In this document: positions 52,399 through 64,000 of the stretch, one piece after another
Layout: each line of letters opens with the position of its first letter
Position numbering within the stretch: position 1 is the first letter of the stretch
Origin: Podarcis gaigeae
Taxonomy: Eukaryota
Direction: 5' to 3' (one strand)
DNA length: 64,000 nt
Assembly (NCBI GenBank): GCA_964106915.2
Contig: OZ066919.1
Translations under genes and position numbers: made by a program
The notes under the pieces: model-generated
The model's input: only the letters and a program-made list of their open reading frames with translations
Database searches by the model: none
Told to the model about the DNA's origin: nothing

Positions 52399-55300
52399 TA
52401 TACTCTATAGCAGGAGCGGGGAACCTCAGGCCCAGGTACCAAATGCAGCCTTGGGACTCTCCCTAAGCTACACCCCACATGGGTCCTACCCCACACCTTC
52501 TGTGCTTTGCCTTGGCTGGACTATGCCCTAGGCCTGTCTTGATTGATTGATTTTGTTTGTCTGGATGGGAGATGGAGAGATGTGTGGAATAAGGCCTACT
52601 CATATGTGGAATGAGGCCTACTTATTTGATTTTCTGTCCACTCTTTAAAAATTTTTTTTAAAAATTCCATTTATAGACTGCTTTACTATCCAAAACACCT
52701 CAAAGAAGTTTACATACAGAATACGTACGGTTAAACCATATTGAATGATTCACATAACAAAATACATAAAAATATACATATCCTAAAATGGTAATACGCC
52801 TCTGGCCCCACCTACTTTTGCTTCTGATCTTGCCCACCTCTGGCTTGTGGCCCTCAAGCTGTAAAGGCCCTAACCCTTGTGGCCCTAACCCTTATCCTGC
52901 TCTGTAAGAGGAATTGGGAGCCTGTGGATCTCGCCATTTCCATCAGTCTCGTGGGATGTCGCGAGTTGTAGCGCAACATCCTGAGAGTCACCGGCTCCCC
53001 ACTCCTGCTATAAAGTCACAAATGGTACTATACTATACAGTACGTAAAATACAGGTCAGTCCTAGGCAAAAGGTCGACAGCAAGAAGCTGAGTGGCTTTC
53101 AGAAGATTAAGGGGCAGCATGCAGATTTAGCAAGCACTGCATTTACTCATGAAAATGACTCTCTTTTTCGTTCTGTTCCTGCCATTTTCAATGTCCTTCT
53201 AAACAAAGTTTGTAGCTGTAGAGGCTGCAAAGATATTCCAAGGTCGCCTTGGCAGGGATGCACTTGCTTGGGACAGTAGCATTTCTGTCTGTTAAGTATG
53301 GGAATACTTAACAGCCATTTCCTGGAGATTCCCTGGAGGGAGACGTCAGGAGCACTGGCGGACGAAGGTGGGGGCATGAGGAGTGGTCCGGCCCAGGTGC
53401 TGTGCCGAGGGGGGTGACATCGCGGCCACCCCGCCCCCCGGGACACTCGGCGCTCACTGCGCACCCCCACTGCCTGCCACGCACCCCACGGGAGGCGCTC
53501 TATGCCCCCTGGGACGTGTGCCGGCCACACCCCCAAATGTACACCGCTGGTCAGAAGAGCAAGGTGTTTACTTGTGGTTACATGTAGAGACAACTGACAA
53601 ATGGTTTGCATCTGAGCAGAGGGGTGGGAGAGCTTACTACACAGAAGGTCCTAGCACCCTATCCAGGTCTCCGTTCTTCCTAGACAAAGACTTGGGTCTC
53701 AAGGGTTAAGGCAGCCTTGACGCAAGGATCTATTGTTCAACAAGCCGGAGAGCCAGTTGGTGACAAGAGGCAGATGCTGATGAGGAACCATGTGAGGCTG
53801 GTGCTGTGAATGGGGCTTTATTACTGTGTGGGATCCCTGCCCTCTGCCACTATCCTTGCTGCCAGCACCAGAGGCGAGCACAGCTCAGCTGAGGGATGTT
53901 GTGGCAATCTGATCCAGGAGCCCTAATGCAACTAAGCTTTGACAGACAAGGCAGGTACTCTACAAGACAGGTGCACCATAGCACCAGGGGCAAGTTTGCT
54001 GAGGGGAGATCCCAGACTGCAGCACCAGTGAGTGGAATCTATTAGAATTCCTGGAGGGGGGGCTGCTTATGAGGGCCCATTGACCCATCCCCATTAGGGC
54101 TGCCATAGGTCCAGATTTTCCCAGACATTACTGGGATTTCAAAGGCAGATTTGACATCTGGGGGGAATTTCCAAAAGGCGGCGCTTTGTCCTGGATCTTA
54201 GGCAAGTCGATTTGGGGGTCTTCAGCGTGTCCTGGTTTTTACTTTTTGAAATATGGCAACCCTAATCCTCATTGGAAGTGGGCTGTCATTGCGAAGGCCC
54301 CCATGTGGAAGATCACTTCAAAGAAGGATCTTTTATCAGCCCTGTGGAAGATGGAGTCTCATTTTAAGTATCCACTGGGAAGAAGCTTTATTGCAGGGGT
54401 AGCTTTAATGAGGTCCATCAATTTAGCCCTTGTGGTCAGATGTTGAAAAAGTGTAGCAACTGGGGCTGCTAATACTTTTCTGAAGATTGCTAGCTTCTAC
54501 TATTTATTCATTATGCTGAATACCCTGAGCATCTAAGGAACCAGCTATTTTTGCACATATTGCATGTATTTTCCAATAAGATATGCCGTTTTTTTTAAAA
54601 AAATGTGCTTTTATTTCACAGAATGATCACCAGCTCTAGTATTATACAAAATACCACCTTTCCTTTTTTTGTTTTCCAAACCATTCTTGATTTTTATTGA
54701 TAAGAAGTTCTAACCTAACTACTTACAACTTTCCAGCTGCCTACTCTGAATGCTGTAGTCCTACATTCATAAGCTGTCATGTGAAAGGTATTGCATATTT
54801 CTGCTTATTTTGGTTGCTTTTTTTCTGCACGTAAACCAGGCCTGTTATCTTCCACTAAGATTCATGAGGTAGGCAGAATTTGTACAGGAGCAATGCTGGT
54901 ATTTGGGGACTACTTTGATTTGTCTTGCTTAATAATCTCTAGCAACTGATTTGCTTTTCTAGGTGTTAAGCGTGCAGAAGCAATATTTATCTTACTTGAA
55001 TGGTAGCAGGGTAGGATACATGACGAAGGTATTCTTCCCCATGCCATTCCCACAACTTTGCTCCTAAGCAACCTTGTGGCTGCAGTCTTCTAACTACTTA
55101 CCTGGGAGTAAGCGCTGATGAACTAAATATGCATAGAATTTTACTGCGAATTTTAGCTGCTACTGACCTCTTTACTCTCTTCTTGTAATCATTTGCAGTT
55201 GTGTAGGCACACTACAAAAATCTAACTTCTCATTGTGGGTTTGCCCCTCGGTTTTATTTTTGCTGACTCTTTTGAAGCTTTTGACTTTGCGCTGTTGTTT

Positions 55301-55452
55301 TATCTGCTTTTTTATGTTGTGATTTTGCCTGCAGTTTTAAATTACTTGCTTCCCGTGGATATTGTGAACAGCTTTGAAAAGCCACAATGGCTGAAGATTG
55401 TTTTGAAAATCAGTTTATTAACAATCATCTTAAACCATTTGCATCATCTATA

Positions 55453-55711
55453 CCGTATTTTTTGCTCCAGAAGATGCATCAGACCATAAGACGCACCTAG
55501 TTTTTGGAGGAGGAAAACAATTAAAAAAATATTCTGAATCCCAGAAGCCAGAACAGCAAGAGGGATCGCTACGCAGTGAAAGCAGCAATCCCTCTTGCTG
55601 TTCTGGCTTCTGGGATAGCTGTGCAGCCTGCATTCGCTCCATAAGACGCACACACATTTCCCCTTACTTTTTAGGAGGGAAAAAGTGAGTCTTATAGAGC
55701 AAAAAATACGG
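55453..55711 (-). mobile_element. shorter copy of the CCGTATTTTT-TIR MITE
   Basis: TA-CCGTATTTTTTGCTC...GAGCAAAAAATACGG-TA; reverse-complement similarity to 39971-40405. Confidence 0.8.
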
Positions 55712-56024
55712 TAAATGTTGCTACTTTGCCTCACATTCTCTCCAGAGTGCTAATGAACTAAAAACCCGCAGACAAAGTAGGATATGATGATTTAAAAATC
55801 GTATGTGAAACCCAGCTCTCTCTTTGCCTCTTCAAGCCCAAATCTCCTTAGCCATCAGTGCTACTCCTCCTGCATGTAGGCTTTACTTTCTTGAATCCCT
55901 GGTGGTCATGACTTCTTTGGATTACATTAGGTGTGCTATTGTACTAATGAACCTTCCTGCACTGCTGTGAAAAGCTATAAGGATGTTAATCTATTTATAG
56001 ACTGCAAAGTGAATCAACAATATA

Positions 56025-56462
56025 CAGTAGTACCTCTGGTTAAGAACTTAATTCGTTCTGGAGGTCTGTACTTAACCTGAAACTGTTCTTAACCTGAAGC
56101 ACCACTTTAGCTAATGGGGCCTCCTGCTGCCGCCACGCAATTTCTGTTCTCATCCTGAAGCAAAGTTCTTAACCCGAGGTACTATTTCTGGGTTAGCGGA
56201 GTCTGTAACCTGAAGCGTATGTAACCTGAAGCGTATGTAACCTAAGGTACCACTGTGGTGCTTCAGCTTACAGACTCTGCTAACACAGAAATAGTACCTC
56301 GGGTTAACAACTTTGCTTCAGGATGAGAACAGAAATTGTGTGGTGGCAGTGTGGCAGCAGCGGGAGGCCCCATTAGCTAAAGTGGTGCTTCAGGTTAAGA
56401 ACAGTTTCAGGTTAAGCACGGACCTCCAGAACGAATTAAGTTCTTAACCTGAGGTACCACTG
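56025..56462. mobile_element. two fused Tigger-like MITE copies in inverted orientation
   Basis: Reverse copy 56025-56255 followed directly by a 5'-clipped forward copy ending 56462; TA outside both ends. Confidence 0.85.
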
Positions 56463-58499
56463 TACAACTTTTTAAAGATTTCAGCACAATCTTAATAATA
56501 GACCTGATAAGAAAGACCCTGTATGGGAACATTTTCTGCCCTTTGAAGATCAAATGTGTTGAGGTTGTGTGTATGTGTACAAGCATATGTATGCAGACTT
56601 GCATGGGTTGGGTTTTTTTGCCAAGTCTTTGAAAAGCCTAGTTTCCCCCCTGTTTCCAGCTACCTCCTGCCTTTGGAAACCTGCTGGAGAGGAACTGTGA
56701 GCAACATCTTGGGAGAGGTGAATGGAGAAGCAAGGCAAAACTGTCAAGATCCCTTGTTATTTTTGGTATTGCTAGGAGGTATAATGTTGCTAATGTAATC
56801 TTGCTATATTTATAGTACTGAAATGTGTTTTGTATGTTCTTAGATTTGCAGTTATGCTGTTGTTTATTATGCTATTATGGAATTATTCTTACGACGGTTG
56901 CTTTTCAGATGTGGTTCATTTTTATTTCTTGTAAAATGGTTCTTTTGTGGAAAGGCAACATACAAATAAGATGATTATTATTGTGATTTTAGCAGTTCTG
57001 GATTTAATGCAAGGCCATCTTTGGCCCTGATCCAGAGAGCTGTTCATAACCAGGTGTTGCATGCAACTATCAAAATGACGTCATAACCAAATGCACTGGA
57101 CCAAGAAAGCAGATATGTACCCATGTTCAGTAGCATCCAGTGCTGATCAGTACACATGTAAAGTGGATTTCTCCATTTGCTATTTCTCTCCACAGACAAT
57201 AGGACCCTGTGCAGGTTTTTGTACATGCGAAACAGCAAGAATAGCCCTAAAACAGATTAAGTGTAGCTACACATGAGAGAGCTGCATATTTGTCTAGACT
57301 ATCTTTGTTCAAATATGGAGGGGCCTGGAAGCAGTCTTCTGACAGTTATTTAACATTGACTGGAAAGTTCTGAACAGTTTTTTCATTGCTTCTGTGACAG
57401 TAATATGACTGGAGGATGTCTCCAATGATAAAAGCATATGATAACATGTATATTTTAAATATGAAAAAATAAACTAAAGGAAGAAATCACAAAACTTGGA
57501 TTTCTGCTTTGGCTACTCACGCTTCACCATTATCTAATGAAAGAACTGCCCAATTCTATTTATTTTTCTATCTCTCTTTTTCGTGTCATAAGCAAAGCTG
57601 GGTGCAATTCCCAATTGCCTCACTCCAGCACAGATGTTAACACAGAGAGTAGAACTCAGAATCCTGAGGAATAACAGCATTCATCGTTTTCAAAATGATT
57701 CTAAGCACTGTGGAGATAACATTGTCCTCAAGATGGGTGTGCAGCACATGGTAAAATCAATAAAGGCTGAGGCAGAGATGAGAACCGCATTTCCTGTATA
57801 GTTTTGGAGCTTCTCTATGACAGAATGATTTTGATTCTGCAAAACGAGAAAAATCTGTCCAAATGGTTTGTTTGTTTTCATATGGATAATTCAAGTGCAA
57901 ATTACAATTTACTTATGAAAGCAGAATTCTGCTTTTCTTGGCATGCGGATCTAGGGTTGGCAAAGTGCAGAATTTTGATTTATTTTCCTAAGGCATGGAC
58001 AGGGCTATTGCCCTGCCCATAAAAAGCAGGTTTTACTTGCATGGACATTAGCTGACCCCAGAGGGAGTGGCATTTTCCTTATGACTCTTTTTTCTTTGGA
58101 ACTCTGGGAGTGGAGTTTCAAGGGAAAGGAGGTGGGTCCCTTCCCTCTCTAGAGGCAATCTTCATTTCGTAACCTTTTGCCGTCATTTCATTTTTCAGAT
58201 ATGTGCCAGGATCCCCGTGAGCTTGGAAGCAAATGAGCTACAAGGCTGAAGCAGCTTTTCACTTTGGGCTTCAAGAGAGAGGAGTCCTACATTCCTCCTG
58301 TGCTGCGCTTCCAACAGCATACAGTAATACGCCGGCTGCAGGCTTTGGGCTCTGGCACTGCTCCCTCACATAGGAAGAAAAAGTGAAGGGTGCTGCCCTC
58401 TCCTGCTGGGAAATGTCACACCCATCCAGGCTTGCCAGCTGAAGCGGCAGCTCCATCTGCACAACCCACCTTTATGTAGGAGCCAATCCAGTGTCCAGC

Positions 58500-59171
58500 A
58501 TGCCTGAATTAGAGCCGCTGGGTGTGCCCAGACCCCCAGCCAACGCCAGCCGGATCCAGAGGAATATCCTGGAGGAACATGTGGAGCTATGGTGGTTCCA
58601 GGAGCCCAGAAAGTCATTTGTCTGCTATGGGGTAGCTGTGGCTCTGATCCTTGCCTGTGGGGTAGGTGGCATTGCACTGCTCTATAGTACAAGCAGCCGC
58701 TCTGGGGAATGGAGGCTGGCAGTGGGCACAACACTCTGCCTACTGGCGCTCTTGGTCTTACTGAAGCAGCTGCTGAGCTCGGCCATCCAGGACATGAATT
58801 GCATTCGCAGCCGAGAGCAAGTTGCGCTACTGAAGAGCGGTGGTGCCTCGGACTGTGCGGTGTTGCTCGTGACATCCCTGGTGCTGCTGGTGTGTGGCAC
58901 AGTCCTCACTGTGCTTTCCACCACCAGCGTTGGCAGCAACCCAACTGCCCAACGCCCCCTTGCCAGCATGTTTGTCAGTGGCATTGTGCTCACAGCCTCT
59001 GGAGCGATCATCCTGCTCAGCCTGCTGCTCTATTTGATGTGGACTTCTTGTTGCTCAGCTGTGCCTCCAAACCGGGACGCTGGGGACAACAGCACCCTCT
59101 TCACCATCTCGGGACGCATCTCAGCCGACCGGCGGCTCGCTCCTACCTCTAGCACAGCAAATCTCATTTAA
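58500..59171 (+). CDS. TMEM125: transmembrane protein 125, 223 aa, single coding exon
   Basis: ATG at 58500 inside ORF 58491-59171. [53 protein letters not shown] and four hydrophobic segments; lies downstream of CFAP57 as in human. Confidence 0.93.
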   Translation: MPELEPLGVPRPPANASRIQRNILEEHVELWWFQEPRKSFVCYGVAVALILACGVGGIALLYSTSSRSGEWRLAVGTTLCLLALLVLLKQLLSSAIQDMNCIRSREQVALLKSGGASDCAVLLVTSLVLLVCGTVLTVLSTTSVGSNPTAQRPLASMFVSGIVLTASGAIILLSLLLYLMWTSCCSAVPPNRDAGDNSTLFTISGRISADRRLAPTSSTANLI

Positions 59172-62100
59172 CCCTCAAGTAAACGCCTAGTGGCTGCCGC
59201 CGCCTTTGACCACAGGGTTGAACTCTCAATATTGGACTGGCATTTGCACTTTACGACAACCAGCCTGGCCCAGATGTGTCTTCCTGTGCTGCACTCAGCA
59301 ATGTGCCGGAATTTCTGCTGCAGAGCTGTGCTGCCAAGATAGCGGCCTGGGCTTGTTGGCCAGAGACCACAACACATAAAGATGTTTTCGCTACTGAGTG
59401 CTGGGAGATAAAGGTGTGGAAATAGTCGACGTTCCAAAGAAGGGCTTTTCTAGCACAACAGTGAAAATGGTACTAGAGGCTGTTCAATTTGGATAGAGTG
59501 TTTCTCTCACACACAAATGTTCGTTTCACTAATTAGTTTCCCCAACGTTTCTGAAGTGGCACCAGGCATTACCCCAACCTTTTTCTTTTTTAAAAAATAA
59601 TTTATATTGATTTTCCCAACCTCTTAATGTTTATCTTTGCAGCCCCAAGGTCTACTTACTTTTACAAAAATGAATGATGCAATTATACGGAAATGAAATT
59701 TGGTGCCCAAACCTTGTTTTTGTGTGATGTGATTGTCATTATCATGGAATGCATACAGTTCTGTTTTGAATGGATAGTTACATGGAGGCTGAGGGAGAAC
59801 TAAGCTGCATGGAGCATATATCCTAACAGTTTTATTGTCCTCGCCAGAACAGTGAAGACAGTGGCAGGCACGCACACACACACCCTTACTACCCAGCACT
59901 GGCCCCTGATAGCAGGATACATGGATGGGAGTGACATTTCCTTGCTTGAATGCTCCTGCGTACTCAGGATTAGAAACAAGACCATGGAAATTGATACCAA
60001 GAATGTGTGCATGTATACAAGATGAGCATCAATGTATGAGTGGCGAATACAGCTGGCATTGGGGGACTTAGTTCATAGAGTATGAGGAATTAATAACTAC
60101 TTTGCTTACTCAGGAGACCTCTAGACCTCTCTGTAAGGGAAATCATCAAAGCTAACAGCCAAGTAGGCTTGCTCTGTCTGTCAGTTTCTATCTAGAGCAC
60201 CTTCCCAAAAGGTCTTGAAGTAGACTCACATGAGGATACAAAAAAATCAGTGGGTACAATTTATTTTGTGACCACAATTGTGCCCAACTGAGTTTCCCCA
60301 CACTAGTGTAACCATATCTCTTTAGCTTAAATCAATTCTTAAGTTGAGGTGAGACCCAAGCCCTGATTTATAAAGGAGCCCAGAATCCACAGCCTCTGCC
60401 CTGAATGAGTTGATGTTCAACAGGCAGAGCAAGGGCAGTATTTGCAACAGCTGATATAATTTTTTTAAGGGCCAGGATCACTGAAAGGCTTACAATAGAA
60501 GCAGAAGCATGGCAATGTCTCCCATGATATACTACAGCAAGGCAGAAGGCTACACCATCACAATTTGGCCTTATACCAAACACAAACCATACAAGTGTAT
60601 GCCATCAGTATGCCAATTGGAGAATCTAGGTATTCTGTACAAAGAAACTCCAGATTGTGCACTCAACAGTAAATAATACAAATTAGGAACAAGTTAATGT
60701 TTGCTTTTTTCATTCCAAATACAAAATCTCAAGTTTCTTTACAGGAGATGTAAGGAAATGAGATGTGTGAAATGTTATGGTGGTAGTGAGGTCACCTACA
60801 GAGGAAATAAGCTGCAAGAGATTTAACTCATACAAGTCTCAAGCAGTCCTTTATTATTATTCTACTGCAGTACGATGCAGCAGGATAAATTTGTCTCATC
60901 TATTAATGCCTCTGTCAGCTCCCTAGATACAGTGCTGTATCTAGGGAATAATGATGCTTGGGTCAGTCTCCCTCCCCCTTTTAAATCTCATTTGATCATG
61001 TGTGCACTGAAAACCAATATGAAATAAAGTATAGAAATTGTAGTGGGTTTGTTGCTAGGAGTGTGGGCTACATGCAGTTATTCACCAAACTGGTTCAAGG
61101 CCCAAACTTAAAAGTGCACCTACTATTCAGGTCCAGGTGCTGTCATAGCAGATTTCTTTAGGATACCTTAGTGAATAATATGTTGGCATCCCAAGCAGAC
61201 CATGTTCCCATGACCCCTGCCCTACCAGCCCCCACACTATAAGTGCCATCCAAGTTGTGTTCACATGTCCTCAAAGAAACCATCTGTGATTAAACCTTAA
61301 GGTAAAAGCCCACAAATCCAAGGCTTCAAAGTCATATTCCTGTTCTTTATATCGCACAAAGGTGAAAGCCAAGGACACATTTTCATGCTCCAAGAATTAG
61401 GCATGGCTTTGATATAAGGCTGTGGATCTACTGCAAAAACTCAGTAAACTATATGTATATCCTTCAAGATTTTTCCAACATGGCAAAAACCTCTATGCCT
61501 ACTTAGAAGTAATCTCACTGGGACTTACTTCTGAGTAAATATGCAAAAAGAGGCACATAGTGTCTCTCTTTGTGAAAAGTTAGTAGGCAACTTGAGACTT
61601 GCACTTTTCTACTGTCTACAAACCAGCTCCAAGTCACATGGCTTGAGAATGTACAACAAAATGGTTATTTATTCAATTTTATTAATATCAAAAGCATATA
61701 CTGCAGAAATGTTAACAGCTCCTTAAGAATAAAGTAATGCACAATGGGGTACCCTTGACCCTGGCTACTCATGAGGCATGATGGCGTTCAACAGAGAGGT
61801 ACCTGCACTCCTCTTCATACCTTCAACCGTTACCAATTTCTTAGAACACGGATGGGGAACCTGTGGCTCTCCAGATGCTGTTGGATGGATACTCCAAATA
61901 TCCCTGACCATTGGCCATGCTAACTGGGGCTGATGGGAGTTGGGAGTCCAAACAATCTCTGCAGGACCACAGGTTCCCCAACCTTGCTCCAGGAGGGCAC
62001 AGAAAAAGAGAGGAAGGAAGTCAAGCTACAACAACTCCAAAAGACAAAGGTAAGAAGCCCAGTTGGTGACTGCAACAGCTTTGAAGCACTCTGGGCCACT

Positions 62101-63630
62101 GCTCTTTGAACAATGCCATAGTATCTGTAAAACTAATGGAGCGAAGGGAGGCTCAGGGGCCTAGCATAGGTGCAGGATGTTGAGGCTGATAAAATTCCTT
62201 CCTGTTTAATCAGAGGATAACTAGATGTAACAGGAACTAGATTTGCAGGCAGCATATGATCCCTTTACTCTTTAGGTTTTGGTCTCCTTTCCCCAGAAAA
62301 TACATGTCTAGTCAACTTTCCCAAGCACAGGGCTATCAAAGGAAATCTACAGCATAGCTTGGTCAAAAAGGGAATGATCTGTAGGAACAATCTTGGCCTT
62401 GTGTTAAAAGACAGCAGAAAGGCCACCGTCCAATACATGTGCCTGCAGAAGGTGATATTGGGCTCTACATCTTCAAGACTAGTCATTTGTGCATCCTTGG
62501 GCATACATGTGGAAAGTCAGAGAACTGGATGACTACTTTACTACCAAAATGAACAGCAGGAAGATTAGACAATAGCTCACCAACAACGGATTTTGGTGCC
62601 GACTACATGTGCATATGGCCATTCATAGGTGACATCTGCATGGATCTTAAGACATGGGCCTTGAGCTGTGTGCCTGTAAAAAGCTTGGAATACAATATTC
62701 CTGGTCTCAGCACCTCCACGTTTGCTTATGGAGCCAGTGACAGTTGTCAAGCCCTAGCAAAGACAGCATATTTAGTAGGCATTGAGTAAGGAACATGTAT
62801 GCAAGGAGAATTATTGAATTTCTACAATTCCATGGGTACTCAGGGATTATGCAAGCGCATTAAATGCTTGTGAGAAGATGTATGTGAAAACACATCCACA
62901 TTTCCACAAATCACACACTGAATGCATGTTTCTGTTAAAATTACACTAGAAGCTACGTTGCTTGTTCACACTGCCCCTTCTCAAAAAAATTCAATCTGAT
63001 GGCAAGGCACAATAGTTCCTGGTCCACACAGCAGCAGGTGAAGGAAGTGGAATGTTATAAGCATAGTCTTTGTAAATATAATGGTAGGACCGAGACCTCC
63101 TCAGCACTAACCCTGGTGTCTGAATTTGAATTATCAGATTAAAAAAGGAATAGCTGGTCTATTGCTCATTGAATGAAGGACCAAGCCTGCTGATGCATCT
63201 ACAAAATTTGCCATGACCACAATGTCAGAGAAGGTAGGAATGTCGGTTCCAAATAAAAGTCTGGCCACCTGTTCTCATGGGTCCTTCGACTGAGATCTGC
63301 ATTGAAGCAGCAGACTCCAGAGGTCTGAACAAAGACAAGATCATAGTAATTGTGTGAATGTAATGCATGGTTTAAAGGTACATGTAAGATCTTGATCTAC
63401 TGCCGTTATTCTCAAGTCAGGCTCTAACAATACCAAGAAGATTTGAGCAATGCATATTCATCTGAGTGTAACAGCATTTCTTACAAAGGGTCTGATCTCG
63501 GGTCTAGTAAAGGCTGAAGCCCATCTCAATATCTAGTTAACACAATAGTGCCAGTCTCCAGAAAGATGCTCAGTTTCCAGAAAGATGCTCAGAATTTCAG
63601 AATTAGGCACTTGATTCATACTCTAATGAG

Positions 63631-64000
63631 TTATAGCTCAATTTTACCGTATAGGTAAAAGACATGAGTGTTTCCATCTTCCCTCACTAAAATGAGGTTA
63701 TTACTATCAATGGCCAGGACTCTGGGTCTTCCCATCTGACCCTGGCCACTGAACACAACCTTCCCAGTATTATCATATGGCGAGAACTGTATCACTTTGA
63801 ACTGATCAATCACAAAAATGTTCTTGTCTTCATCAACACAAATGCTGAATGGCTTGGACAGCAGTGAAGTTGAGGGGTTAAGCACATTCAGAACAACCCC
63901 AGACTTCTCCATGACCACAATTTGTTTCTTAATGAAGTCTGAGACAACAAACTCCTCCCAGCTATTTACAGCAATGAACAGGAATTTCCCCCCATGATAG
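63631..64000 (-). CDS. C-terminal NHL-repeat beta-propeller of a TRIM-NHL (TRIM56-like) protein, 5' part outside window
   Basis: Frame is open from the window end to the stop at 63631: YHGGKFLFIAVNSWEEFVVSDFIKKQIVVMEKSG...LSKPFSICVDEDKNIFVID...GRPRVLAIDSNNLILVREDGNTHVF. It shows the NHL pattern P-x-x-I/L-x-V/I-D-x(3)-I-F/L-V and resembles the recalled TRIM56 C-terminus. Confidence 0.7.
   Translation of the reverse strand, partial: YHGGKFLFIAVNSWEEFVVSDFIKKQIVVMEKSGVVLNVLNPSTSLLSKPFSICVDEDKNIFVIDQFKVIQFSPYDNTGKVVFSGQGQMGRPRVLAIDSNNLILVREDGNTHVFYLYGKIEL

Noticed and set aside
53350-53550. CpG-rich patch as a candidate TMEM125 promoter
   Set aside because: It is short, has abrupt edges and TIR-like ends similar to other GC-rich MITEs in the window, so it is more likely a young repeat. 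I could not locate the TMEM125 TSS.
45420-58190. Possible additional protein-coding gene between CFAP57 and TMEM125
   Set aside because: The ORFs (e.g. 49330-49857) show no recognisable domain or consistent exon chain; the region is repeat-rich intergenic or 5' intronic sequence. A lncRNA or non-coding TMEM125 exons cannot be excluded.
63558-63605. Short tandem duplications (also 26020-26055, 36808-36840)
   Set aside because: Two-copy slippage duplications with no spacer-repeat architecture; not an array.

Overview
Vertebrate genomic DNA, most likely a squamate and probably a lacertid lizard (inferred from the repeat families: Squam3-type SINE, L2 with an (ATT)n tail, CR1 3' ends, a Penelope terminal fragment, Tigger/hAT MITEs). 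The window is gene-dense and I reconstructed the spliced CDSs by hand from splice sites and reading phase. In order: SNAPC2 (+, 5' end outside the window), PIF1 helicase (-, 12 coding exons, 640 aa), CFAP144/FAM183A (+, 4 exons, 137 aa), EBNA1BP2 (-, 9 coding exons, about 306 aa, one GC-AG intron), CFAP57/WDR65 (+, 22 coding exons, 1248 aa), TMEM125 (+, single coding exon) and the C-terminus of a TRIM56-like NHL-repeat gene (-, cut by the window end). The genes alternate tail-to-tail and head-to-head, and both bidirectional promoters pair a proliferation or housekeeping gene with a cilia gene that has an RFX X-box. The most striking non-genic signal is a 101-bp insertion in a PIF1 intron, flanked by a 10-bp direct repeat, that carries an intact-looking minimal hammerhead ribozyme core of the Penelope-associated type. 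Also notable are a 64-bp near-identical duplication shared by EBNA1BP2 and CFAP57 introns and a ~440-bp palindrome made of two fused MITEs. Gene names come from my recollection of the human proteins; no database search was run.
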